The notes below the pieces were generated by a model. It saw nothing but the letters and a program-made list of their open reading frames with translations. It searched no databases and was not told the DNA's origin. From sequence record OQ696342.1: a stretch of 44,581 bases of DNA; one strand, 5' to 3'. Shown piece after piece: positions 1-7,798 of this stretch (positions are counted from its first letter, which is position 1; each line of letters opens with the position of its first letter). A program made the translations under genes and the position numbers. Origin of the DNA: Escherichia phage vB_EcoS-K1_SXAU_B4.

Positions 1-87
1 GGTGATACGTTGAATTACGATAGACGACTGGTACTGGTTGCCTGTGGACTGCCCTTCTATACTTTGGGTAATTGATTCAGGGCCGGA
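1..87. repeat. Terminal duplication: 1..87 is identical to 44495..44581, consistent with a circularly closed assembly (unique length 44,494 bp)
   Basis: Direct comparison of the first and last 87 bases of the window. Confidence 0.9.
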
Positions 88-1158
88 TATTTCTGGCGTA
101 ACCGCCGTAAGTTCGGCGCGTTTCAGGCTGAAAGACATAGCCCCGTTTACCCCCGCCAGAATAGAGTTAATCTCTACCTGCTGTTCGTTGATAAACTTCT
201 GAATCATCGCCATGTCGTACAGCTTGCCGGAGATGGAGAAGGTGTTAGCCGCGCGGCTACGCTCCACAAATGCAACGTTAGTGTTGCCGAGTTCGAACTG
301 CGCAGACGCGCTGTTATCGTTGGTGATGGTCAGGCTGTCGCAACGCAACGGCGTTGAGCCATCGAACACAGACACATCGACCGAAGAGAACGGCTCATCA
401 GTAAACGTAACAGAGGAGAAGTCAGAACCAGACGGCGGCGTCGCGAGAATCTCCTGGCTGCGCCCGATGAACGGGAAGCTGCCCGTTACCATTGCGTTAA
501 CGGCCTGCTCCACGGTAAAACCGGAAACTTCCACACCTTTGGTCAGTGTGTACGCGTCGGCCCCGCCGCACTGGCCTTTGTACCAGGTGAGGATAGAGAA
601 CGTTTTACACGCATTACCAGTTTCCAGTTTATCGCCGGTCTTAGCGTCGGTTGTTACGGTCTCGGTGGTCAGAGTATGTTGGATGCCCGCACCGGTAACA
701 ACAGTCGCACTTACCTCGGTTACGATGAACGGTTTTGCGTTGTCACCGGTTAAACCAGTGAACGCAATCAGGTCGCCTACTTCAACGCCGTCAGAAATAA
801 AGCTGCCATCAGCACGGGTGAACGTCTTGCCCGCCGGTGCGACGGTAATTGACAGGTCAGTCAAGGATACACCTGATTGCCACGTAGAGCCTAAAGCCCC
901 AGCTAACCAGTCGTCCTGGCTTTTCGAGCTAAGCTCGATCGCGTATTCACCGCTAACCTGTTTGTTACCGGTGCGGATGGATGTAGTTTCACGGCTGCCG
1001 TCCAGTTCGTTGGAGGTCAGCGTGTCGCGGGTAATAGCAGGAACACCGCCAGTGTTACGCAACGGCGACCAGACAGGGTTGTCTGGGGTCACGCCCGGGG
1101 TAGTTTCCGCCACATAGAATTGCGCGGTAGTCGCGCCCTTAAAAGGAGTTGTAGCCAT
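1..1158 (-). CDS. Putative major tail (tube) protein, 5' portion; ORF starts at ATG 1158..1156 and runs off the window start, with stop found at 44486..44488 in the duplicated end (about 388 aa in total)
   Basis: Manual reverse-complement translation (MATTPFKGATTAQFYVAE...) is open for more than 380 codons; lies after the neck genes on the same strand. Product assigned by position only. Confidence 0.55.
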   Translation of the reverse strand, partial: MATTPFKGATTAQFYVAETTPGVTPDNPVWSPLRNTGGVPAITRDTLTSNELDGSRETTSIRTGNKQVSGEYAIELSSKSQDDWLAGALGSTWQSGVSLTDLSITVAPAGKTFTRADGSFISDGVEVGDLIAFTGLTGDNAKPFIVTEVSATVVTGAGIQHTLTTETVTTDAKTGDKLETGNACKTFSILTWYKGQCGGADAYTLTKGVEVSGFTVEQAVNAMVTGSFPFIGRSQEILATPPSGSDFSSVTFTDEPFSSVDVSVFDGSTPLRCDSLTITNDNSASAQFELGNTNVAFVERSRAANTFSISGKLYDMAMIQKFINEQQVEINSILAGVNGAMSFSLKRAELTAVTPEISGPESITQSIEGQSTGNQYQSSIVIQRIT

Positions 1159-1160
1159 AT

Positions 1161-1577
1161 TCACAGCCTCTTGGTGAATGCAATAAAGTTAATTGACAAT
1201 GGTCGTTTGGCCCATCCGTTTTCTACAATCAGCGGCCCCAGGCTAACCGATTGAACCTCGGCGCAGATGTCGTTACGTGAAAATGACTTACCTGCTTTAA
1301 ACGCCGTGTTGAGTAAGTCTGCCATTTTATTGATTGGCGCGCTACCTTTCACCGATGCGTAGTTAATGTCTACCTGGTAAATACCGGAGCGTTGTTCCGT
1401 GAAGAACAAATCCGCCTGTTCCGTATCCGCCAGCAACATGTAACTTGCCAGATACGGGGTATTGGTTGACGTAGGCGCATCGATGTTCTCAAGAGCAACC
1501 TTGATGCCGTTGGCGGCCCCAAAGGCTACCAGCGGCACATCGAACGCTTTTGTTAAGTCCTCAAAGTAGCCCATCAT
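1161..1577 (-). CDS. Tail/neck component (tail terminator-like), hypothetical
   Basis: ORF track 138 aa; positioned between neck genes and the major tail gene; tightly stacked with neighbours. Confidence 0.5.
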   Translation of the reverse strand: MMGYFEDLTKAFDVPLVAFGAANGIKVALENIDAPTSTNTPYLASYMLLADTEQADLFFTEQRSGIYQVDINYASVKGSAPINKMADLLNTAFKAGKSFSRNDICAEVQSVSLGPLIVENGWAKRPLSINFIAFTKRL

Positions 1578-1969
1578 TTCACCTTGTTGGCTTCTTCGTT
1601 AATGAGTTGCTGGAAGCGAGACACATTAGTCCTGACAACCCCAGCGGGCGCCTGTTGCGACCAACCATACTCCAGCCGTTGAGCATACGGTAGATTATTT
1701 GTCAGCGTGAACTCACGCCAGTCGGCGGCTTTCAGTACGAAACTTGTAGCGTTTCCAATAGCTATGTTTCCTGATTTATCCGTAGCGTCTGTAGTTCCGG
1801 AAGCAGGAGTACCACCAGACGCCATCCAGTTCATACGAAAGCGGCCAGTATCTACCGGACTCGCCTTTATGATAGCGGAAAACAGCTTGATAGACACCTG
1901 ACGCATCACCTTCTCAGGGTTCTTCTTCGCCTTTTCCACGAACTTAGAGACATCAAGCGCGAAACTCAT
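1574..1969 (-). CDS. Head-tail joining / tail completion protein (HK97 gp10-like)
   Basis: 131 aa; a VDTGRFR-type motif recalled from the HK97 gp10 family; 4-nt overlap with downstream gene. Confidence 0.5.
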   Translation of the reverse strand: MSFALDVSKFVEKAKKNPEKVMRQVSIKLFSAIIKASPVDTGRFRMNWMASGGTPASGTTDATDKSGNIAIGNATSFVLKAADWREFTLTNNLPYAQRLEYGWSQQAPAGVVRTNVSRFQQLINEEANKVK

Positions 1970-2379
1970 TTTCTCACCTGAATAAAATACGCCACGACAT
2001 CATCGTTAACCATCTTCTTCTCGATGGCTACGACCGACCATTGCTCGCCACCGAATTGGACTTTGTCTTCCATCTTCGGAACGACGCTGTGATCGGCTTT
2101 AACAATCATGTCACCGGCCTGAATCGTCGTACCGTTTACCAGTCCCGCGTTTACCGGAACCGGAACGGCCTTCAACGGCAACACTTCATCGTCAGACCAG
2201 ACGAACTCACCGAGAACCTCATCCCATACTTTCGAGCCAGCGCGAATCAGAGATACCGTGCTACCGAATTTGGTTAGCAGGCGTGTGCCAACGCCTTGCA
2301 TACGTTTACTGAAAGCGGTGCCCATTACGCGGCCTCCAGTCTCGAAATAACCAGTAGCGCGGATGGTGCGGTCCCCCAT
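1966..2379 (-). CDS. Head-tail adaptor-like protein
   Basis: 137 aa ORF within the neck cluster; assigned by position. Confidence 0.45.
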   Translation of the reverse strand: MGDRTIRATGYFETGGRVMGTAFSKRMQGVGTRLLTKFGSTVSLIRAGSKVWDEVLGEFVWSDDEVLPLKAVPVPVNAGLVNGTTIQAGDMIVKADHSVVPKMEDKVQFGGEQWSVVAIEKKMVNDDVVAYFIQVRK

Positions 2380-2939
2380 GCAGTTACGGCAGCCGCTTGA
2401 GGGTATACACCGCCGAAGTCACTCCCGGCGCTATCCCGCATAATCTGAACGGCAAACGTCTGGCCTGCGGTCGGGTTAATAACGACGCGGGACTCAATCG
2501 GGATCGTCATGTCAGCGCTTACCAGTTTTGTGGCAGCGGGCGAGCCGTACTGAGCACCGTTGATGAGGATGCGTGATAGCAGGATGGACGTCCCGCTAGC
2601 ACCAGTGCGTCCAGCCTGTAACTTGATGCGCACGGCGTAGTTACCCGCTGTGTTGAACGTAACCAGCCCCGCAGCATTAATCATTACTGGGTCAGATGCG
2701 CCCCCCTGAGCAGAGCCGAAAGTTAACTGCAATGCCGTATCTGTCGCAGTGGGCGCTTGTATCACGGTCGACGCGGCACGGAGAACTTCAACCTCTTTCA
2801 CCCCGTGAGTGGCGTAAATAGGTGAGTCCGCCATCTGCGTCATTACCTCGCGCAGTGCTGCTGGAGTAATAAGTCCGGTAGTGTTATCGGGAAGATTTGC
2901 TCCAATAAGGGTAAACATCTCTGTTTTAGTCTTCGCCAT
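2325..2939 (-). CDS. Structural (neck/head completion) protein, hypothetical
   Basis: 204 aa ORF in the structural operon. Confidence 0.5.
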   Translation of the reverse strand: MAKTKTEMFTLIGANLPDNTTGLITPAALREVMTQMADSPIYATHGVKEVEVLRAASTVIQAPTATDTALQLTFGSAQGGASDPVMINAAGLVTFNTAGNYAVRIKLQAGRTGASGTSILLSRILINGAQYGSPAATKLVSADMTIPIESRVVINPTAGQTFAVQIMRDSAGSDFGGVYPQAAAVTAWGTAPSALLVISRLEAA

Positions 2940-2941
2940 TT

Positions 2942-3454
2942 TTAGCCCCGGTACACGTTAAACGAGAAGCCATTATTAAGTCCGCCGCACAGTAACGGGC
3001 GTAAAGCGTCGTCCGCAGCGGTGATCGAGGTCGTAGCGCCACTGTTGCCGTTGTTGAAGTAGGTCACTGTCACCGCGCCTTCTACGCGCTCGGTCTGCAC
3101 GGAGCGACCGTCCGAGTTAGCCCTCACCTCCGTACCTGAGCCATATGTAACGGCGGCGATTACCTGCGCAAGAATCACCTGCTTCGGGATGACATTGTTC
3201 ACTACAGGGAACCCGTTTAGCATTACGCCAGTGCGCGGGTACGCAAGAGACTGTTCGGCGGATACACGACGACCGCACATCTGCGGTTCTGCAAGCCCGA
3301 CATAAGTAGCGCCGTTGCGCAGGGCCACTTCCGCGGCGGTATCGTCTTCCGGTAGCTCAAGGCCATAATTAGCCGCTAACGCGCGGGCGTCAGCCAGACT
3401 AATGTAACTGTCGGCGCCAGGTACTATTGACCCATCTTCCACGATTAGCGGCAT
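2942..3454 (-). CDS. Structural protein, hypothetical
   Basis: 170 aa ORF in the structural operon. Confidence 0.5.
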   Translation of the reverse strand: MPLIVEDGSIVPGADSYISLADARALAANYGLELPEDDTAAEVALRNGATYVGLAEPQMCGRRVSAEQSLAYPRTGVMLNGFPVVNNVIPKQVILAQVIAAVTYGSGTEVRANSDGRSVQTERVEGAVTVTYFNNGNSGATTSITAADDALRPLLCGGLNNGFSFNVYRG

Positions 3455-3457
3455 AAA

Positions 3458-3637
3458 TTATTCCTCTGACTTACGGCGACGACGCTTAGTACCACCGCCA
3501 TTGTTGTGCGCTTCTTCGTTGTCCGGTTGCGTCGCAACCAGTTCATCCGCTTCTACAACACCGCGAACAGGCATCACCTGACCATCGACAATATCGACGT
3601 GGGTGTACTTCTCGCGTATTACATAATTATCTGCCAT
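3458..3637 (-). CDS. Small hypothetical protein (59 aa, basic C-terminus)
   Basis: Manually found ATG at 3637; MADNYVIREKYTHVDIVDGQ...GGGTKRRRRKSEE; below the 60-aa cutoff of the ORF track. Confidence 0.3.
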   Translation of the reverse strand: MADNYVIREKYTHVDIVDGQVMPVRGVVEADELVATQPDNEEAHNNGGGTKRRRRKSEE

Positions 3638-3673
3638 GACCTTTCCTTATTACGGCCCCGAAGGGCCGTTATA

Positions 3674-4018
3674 TTAAGACACAGTTGCTACAGTGCTGCT
3701 CGAGATAATATTACCATACGCATCGTGAACAACCACTTTATACGTGCCTTCGTCAGCTGGTTTAGCGGCGTTGGCTTTGGTATACGTCTTATCGGTAGCC
3801 CCAGCGATGGCGTTGTTATTCTTGTACCACTGGTAAGAATATGGCTCCAGACCGCCAGTTGCGACCACGGTCAGTGTCATGGTTTCGCCGGAGTTTACTG
3901 CGGTAGTAGCGTTAAGTGGGGTAGAAAAAGACGCAGGAGAAATAGTCGCCATGTCAATCTTAGCACCTACGGTATCCGCAGAGACGCCGGTGATGCGTCG
4001 TTTCAATACGTCTGCCAT
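3674..4018 (-). CDS. Ig-like (Big_2-type) domain protein, possible capsid decoration protein
   Basis: 114 aa; YQWYKNN...GTYKVVV pattern typical of Ig-like domains; immediately downstream of the capsid gene with RBS GAGGA. Confidence 0.6.
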   Translation of the reverse strand: MADVLKRRITGVSADTVGAKIDMATISPASFSTPLNATTAVNSGETMTLTVVATGGLEPYSYQWYKNNNAIAGATDKTYTKANAAKPADEGTYKVVVHDAYGNIISSSTVATVS

Positions 4019-4043
4019 TGAGGAATCCTCTTAGTAAATGAAA

Positions 4044-4063
4044 AGAGGGACCGAAGTCCCTCT
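4044..4063 (-). terminator. Hairpin (agagggac-cgaa-gtccctct) followed by a T-run on the minus strand; partial terminator after the capsid gene
   Basis: Perfect 8-bp stem with a tetraloop, then TTTCATTT on the minus strand just before the next RBS. Confidence 0.45.
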
Positions 4064-4073
4064 CGATTATATC

Positions 4074-5129
4074 TTAACCTTGAGACCCTACACCAGTTAC
4101 CAGGAAGGCAATCGGTACATGCTTACGGTCAACAACGCGGTTCCAGTTGGAGGCATTCGCCAGGTCCTGCCAGGAAGCGGAGCGCGGGGTAGTCTCGGTG
4201 CCGTTGCCGGTGATTACCGCGCTGGTGAAGCTGTAGCCCAGTGGGTGCAGCAACCAGGTCTTACGGGTCCACAGGGTTTCTACGCCGCCGCCGTTGCCGC
4301 GGGACGCTTCACGATCGTATTCCAGCGGGTTGGACGGAGAACCTTCACCGTAACCGATAGCGCCGTTGCCGAAGATGATGGAGATGAACTTACGGCTTGA
4401 GCCGGTGCCAACTACGGTCATGCTGTCGTCAACAATCACGCGGTAGCCCTGGTAGGTGGCGAACAGGGTGTCGTTGTCAGCGTTCTTGATGAAGTCAATA
4501 AGCTGCTGCTTACGGGCCTGCGCATAAACGAAGCTGTGCATCGCGATAGCACCCAGCACTTCACCACCGTTGCCCATCAGAGCATCACCCATAGTCTGGG
4601 TAGCGTCGATGAACGCACCTGCGTCGAAGCCCAGAGAAGCAGACACGTCGATAACCATATCGTTCTGCGTATGGTATTCATCGGTAGTGGCTACGTTGTC
4701 GTTGTACAGCCCGAGCGCGGTAGCAATCAGACGGCGTTGCGCCTGGCGCTGCCAGAAGTTATCCAGACGGGCCGCTACGGATTTCAGCGGGTCTTGGCGG
4801 GTAAGTTCAACAGTCAGGTCCGCCTGACCGAAACCTTCGTTCAGGTAGGCAACGCGGGCCATCATCTCACCGGTCTGCACATTACGCAGGGTAGCGATGT
4901 CCTGGTATACATCGTTCGAGTAGTTAGGCTCAATAGAAGTATCAATCGCTTTCCAGAAAGGAATGTTGGCGATGTTGGACGGGCCGCGAGCAATCTCGGC
5001 AGCGTATGGGGTCGGGGTCAGAATACCGGACTGGAAGAACGCGGTTTTTTCTACCGGGTCCTCGGTCATATAAGACGCCAGGACCGGGATGTTGCCAGTT
5101 ACGATATCGCCGATAGTGGTAATTGCCAT
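4074..5129 (-). CDS. Major capsid protein
   Basis: 351 aa, directly after the scaffold gene; terminator-like hairpin downstream; assigned by position and size. Confidence 0.75.
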   Translation of the reverse strand: MAITTIGDIVTGNIPVLASYMTEDPVEKTAFFQSGILTPTPYAAEIARGPSNIANIPFWKAIDTSIEPNYSNDVYQDIATLRNVQTGEMMARVAYLNEGFGQADLTVELTRQDPLKSVAARLDNFWQRQAQRRLIATALGLYNDNVATTDEYHTQNDMVIDVSASLGFDAGAFIDATQTMGDALMGNGGEVLGAIAMHSFVYAQARKQQLIDFIKNADNDTLFATYQGYRVIVDDSMTVVGTGSSRKFISIIFGNGAIGYGEGSPSNPLEYDREASRGNGGGVETLWTRKTWLLHPLGYSFTSAVITGNGTETTPRSASWQDLANASNWNRVVDRKHVPIAFLVTGVGSQG

Positions 5130-5131
5130 TA

Positions 5132-5887
5132 TTATTTCCTCAGGGCTTTAAGTTGCCGTTCAAATTCGGCAGGGTTCGATTTATACAGAGCTAAACGCTC
5201 CGCTTCACTCATGTCTTTAAACGCTGGTGCGGCCCCGCCGCCTTTGCTACCGGAAGCCCCGCCGCCGGAAGCTGCATTTGCTTTAATCAAATGCGAAAAC
5301 GCTTTGTGTTCACGCAGGTATTTGCGGAACTGTTCCGGGTCAGTTGTGATTACATTGCCATCTGCGCCAACAAACTTAGTAACCACGTCATCACCTTCGA
5401 ACTCAGTCTTAACGAACGGAGCAAGGATGTCCACTGCTTCCGGGGTAATAAAGTCACCTGCGAAAGAGCCTAACACCGCTTTACGTTCGCTGCCGAGGAT
5501 GCGCTCTGCCATTCTGGAGATGCGGCCATCTTTCTCGGCTAACACCGGGTCATACTGGCTACGAATCGTTTTTTCGAACTCATCCATCTTACCAGCGGCT
5601 TTTAACGCCTCCTGGTGTGCGCGCTGCCGTTCTTCTTCGGCCTCTTTTGCTTTACGAGCGGCTTCTTTCTTCTCCGCCAGCAATGCTTCCTGATTAGCCT
5701 TAAGCCCGGCCACTTCTTTCTCAATCAGTGCCTGAACTTCTTCAGCGGTGAACATTTTCGGCGCATCACCGCCGCCAGATTTATCTTCTGCCCCAGCTTC
5801 TTCCCGGAACGGATAACGTAAAAAACGATTCATAGTCAGTATGTCCCCTGGACGTTGGAACCCGGGCCACCCGGATTTACATGTCAA
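5132..5887 (-). CDS. Scaffolding protein
   Basis: 251 aa, charged and coiled-coil-like (EKKEAARKAKEAEEERQRAHQEALK), upstream of the capsid gene; true start may be the internal MNRFLRYPF. Confidence 0.6.
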   Translation of the reverse strand: MTCKSGWPGFQRPGDILTMNRFLRYPFREEAGAEDKSGGGDAPKMFTAEEVQALIEKEVAGLKANQEALLAEKKEAARKAKEAEEERQRAHQEALKAAGKMDEFEKTIRSQYDPVLAEKDGRISRMAERILGSERKAVLGSFAGDFITPEAVDILAPFVKTEFEGDDVVTKFVGADGNVITTDPEQFRKYLREHKAFSHLIKANAASGGGASGSKGGGAAPAFKDMSEAERLALYKSNPAEFERQLKALRK

Positions 5888-5915
5888 GAATAAATTATTC
5901 CAACATGCAAGGCAA

Positions 5916-6179
5916 CTATTCCAGAATATTCCTCACGTAATCCTGCAACATGAACACTTTCAGGCGCAGTTGCCGTACACATTCAGCGTTCTGGACGTCA
6001 ATAGCTAAATCCTCGTCAGCGTCGCTACTTGGCTGTGCCAGTTTGCACGGCGGCTGCATCATCGTCGTATCCGGGGATGGAATTGGCGTTTGCGACGGCT
6101 CGGGACTTGAGCAGGACGCGAGCATCATCGAAAGTGCACATGCTGCGACCAGGCGTTTTAATGTACTTAACGACTTCAC
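5916..6179 (-). CDS. o-spanin (Rz1-like outer membrane lipoprotein)
   Basis: 87 aa; signal peptide with lipobox L-A-S-C (LVAACALSMMLASC), proline-rich mature part; overlaps the 3' end of the i-spanin in another frame. Confidence 0.65.
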   Translation of the reverse strand: MKSLSTLKRLVAACALSMMLASCSSPEPSQTPIPSPDTTMMQPPCKLAQPSSDADEDLAIDVQNAECVRQLRLKVFMLQDYVRNILE

Positions 6180-6411
6180 GGGTAATTACCTCTGATTTCG
6201 TCTTGCCTTCGTTGTCAGCGGCTGCGGCCTTTGATTCATCCTGCTGCTGCCGTTGTGTTTTCTTCGCTAACTCAGCCTGTGCTTTCTGCTGCTGCTGCGA
6301 AACGAGATTAGCCCGGCCTTCTTTCCAGCCGATGCGGTATTGATAGTAGCCGTGAGCATATAACAGGATGATGAAACACGCCCCCGCTACGACAGTTGCT
6401 CTAAGATTCAT
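6025..6411 (-). CDS. i-spanin (Rz-like)
   Basis: 128 aa; N-terminal transmembrane segment (TVVAGACFIILLYAHGYY) followed by a Q/A/K-rich coiled-coil region. Confidence 0.65.
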   Translation of the reverse strand: MNLRATVVAGACFIILLYAHGYYQYRIGWKEGRANLVSQQQQKAQAELAKKTQRQQQDESKAAAADNEGKTKSEVITREVVKYIKTPGRSMCTFDDARVLLKSRAVANANSIPGYDDDAAAVQTGTAK

Positions 6412-6730
6412 GTTTCTCCTTTCTCGATAAGTAAAGCCCCGCCATAAAGCGGGGCGCTAGTCCTTATCATTTAAACATAGAAACGGCGTAATCTCAGTAA
6501 ACCCGTTACTTTTTACACAAGCAATAGAGTATGACCCTTCCGAACGCGTCAGCGTAACTACACTCAGGACTTACGTCCCGCTCCGTTACCTGCCCGCGCC
6601 GCGGTCGCTTGTTCATACTTCACAAGCTCAGGTGGAGCTTAGCACATTTTTAGTGAAAAGTCAACTATTCGAATAGTTTATTCCAAGATTTACAATTCGG
6701 TGGAATAACTGGAATACACAAACAAATAGT

Positions 6731-6759
6731 TTGCACACACCAATATAATAGGGTACTAT
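6731..6759 (+). promoter_or_regulatory. Sigma70-type promoter TTGCAC-N17-TACTAT (cassette family copy)
   Basis: -35 at 6731..6736, -10 at 6754..6759; conserved leader with RBS GGAG 7 nt before ATG 6787. Confidence 0.6.
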
Positions 6760-6786
6760 TCAGTTATCGAAACGAGGAGATGAAAA

Positions 6787-7308
6787 ATGGTTACTACAGT
6801 AATTACTTTCCCCGCGTATGTAGGGGCAAAAATCTGCAGGGCGAAAAATGATGTGCGCTATTATTTGAATGCGTTTTACATAGACCCGGAAGGGTGGATA
6901 GTGTCTACGGACGGCCATAGATTGTTCTGCGACAATGTTAAGACAAACGTCGAGAATGGGGTTCTCATAGACATCAAAGGGAGAGAGCCTTCTAAATTTA
7001 ACTACGCGGAGGTAGACCACGACAACGGCAGTGTATCTTTCTATGACGGCAGTCGTGCGCTTATATGTACACTTCCGGTGGATGTTGTAGACGGAAAATT
7101 TCCTGACTGGCGACGTGTTGCGCACATCACGCCGGGGGCGGTTGATAGCATAGGATTCACCATGTCCTACTTGGCAGACGCGCACAAGATTTCTAAGGCA
7201 TACAAAAATGAAATTGCTCGTTTCGATTTCCAGGACCAAACCAGAGGATGCAAAATATCGTTTTCAAACACTGCATTTATGGTGCTAATGCCGGCGCGAT
7301 TTAAATAA
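6787..7308 (+). CDS. Truncated beta sliding clamp (DnaN-like) protein
   Basis: 173 aa; motifs DVRYYLN, TDGHRL, VDGKFPDWRRV, SIGFTMSYL and C-terminal MVLMPARF match, in order, remembered E. coli DnaN motifs (QDVRYYLNG, ATDGHRLA, VDGRFPDYRRV, EIGFNVSYV, YVVMPMRL); covers roughly domain II and part of domain III only. Confidence 0.7.
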   Translation: MVTTVITFPAYVGAKICRAKNDVRYYLNAFYIDPEGWIVSTDGHRLFCDNVKTNVENGVLIDIKGREPSKFNYAEVDHDNGSVSFYDGSRALICTLPVDVVDGKFPDWRRVAHITPGAVDSIGFTMSYLADAHKISKAYKNEIARFDFQDQTRGCKISFSNTAFMVLMPARFK

Positions 7309-7312
7309 AACT

Positions 7313-7335
7313 AAGGCCCCGTAATGGGGCCTTTT
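7313..7335. terminator. Bidirectional rho-independent terminator (aggcccc-gtaat-ggggcct + TTTT)
   Basis: GC-rich 7-bp stem flanked by an A-run upstream and a T-run downstream, between convergent genes. Confidence 0.7.
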
Positions 7336-7336
7336 A

Positions 7337-7798
7337 TCATTCCGGCTTAGTGACCTTCGCCGCTTTACTTACCGCCTCTACACCATCGGCATCAGTAACT
7401 TTAACGAAGTATTCACCGACCGCATTAACCGTCAGAGACAAAGCCTCTTCCGGGGCGTTGACCACTTCCTTACCATCTTTGTACCATGTCAGCACATACG
7501 GCGCTTTACCCGCTTTAACTTCGACAGTGAGAGTCGCGCTGCCGTCCGCCAGTTCCGTGTCTTTCGGTTGCACAGAGAAATACACATCCCCCGCATCAGC
7601 CAGATACGGAATCTCGTAAAGCATCCCCGCGGCGGGTAGCGCAATACCGGTTTTATCTGCAAACGGCATATTGTCTACTGGTGTACCGAGTACACTTTCA
7701 TCTTCAATAAACACCACGTTCTCGCCAGAGCCAGATACACGGGCGTACTGGACTACGCGACGCGACGGAACATCAGTTACTTTGAAAAAGCCCATCAT
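7337..7798 (-). CDS. Structural protein with C-terminal Ig-like domain
   Basis: 153 aa; YVLTWYKDGKEV...GEYFVKVTDADG pattern typical of Ig-like domains. Confidence 0.55.
   Translation of the reverse strand: MMGFFKVTDVPSRRVVQYARVSGSGENVVFIEDESVLGTPVDNMPFADKTGIALPAAGMLYEIPYLADAGDVYFSVQPKDTELADGSATLTVEVKAGKAPYVLTWYKDGKEVVNAPEEALSLTVNAVGEYFVKVTDADGVEAVSKAAKVTKPE

Noticed and set aside
212-1117. 301-aa plus-strand ORF
   Set aside because: Antisense to a longer continuous minus-strand ORF that fits the surrounding operon; S/L/V/P/T-rich composition typical of an out-of-frame translation.
3506-4021. 171-aa plus-strand ORF
   Set aside because: Antisense to the Ig-like domain gene and a small minus-strand ORF; R/I/V-rich composition without a recognisable motif.
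4536-5693. 385-aa plus-strand ORF
   Set aside because: Antisense to the major capsid and scaffold genes; low-complexity composition; no RBS context.
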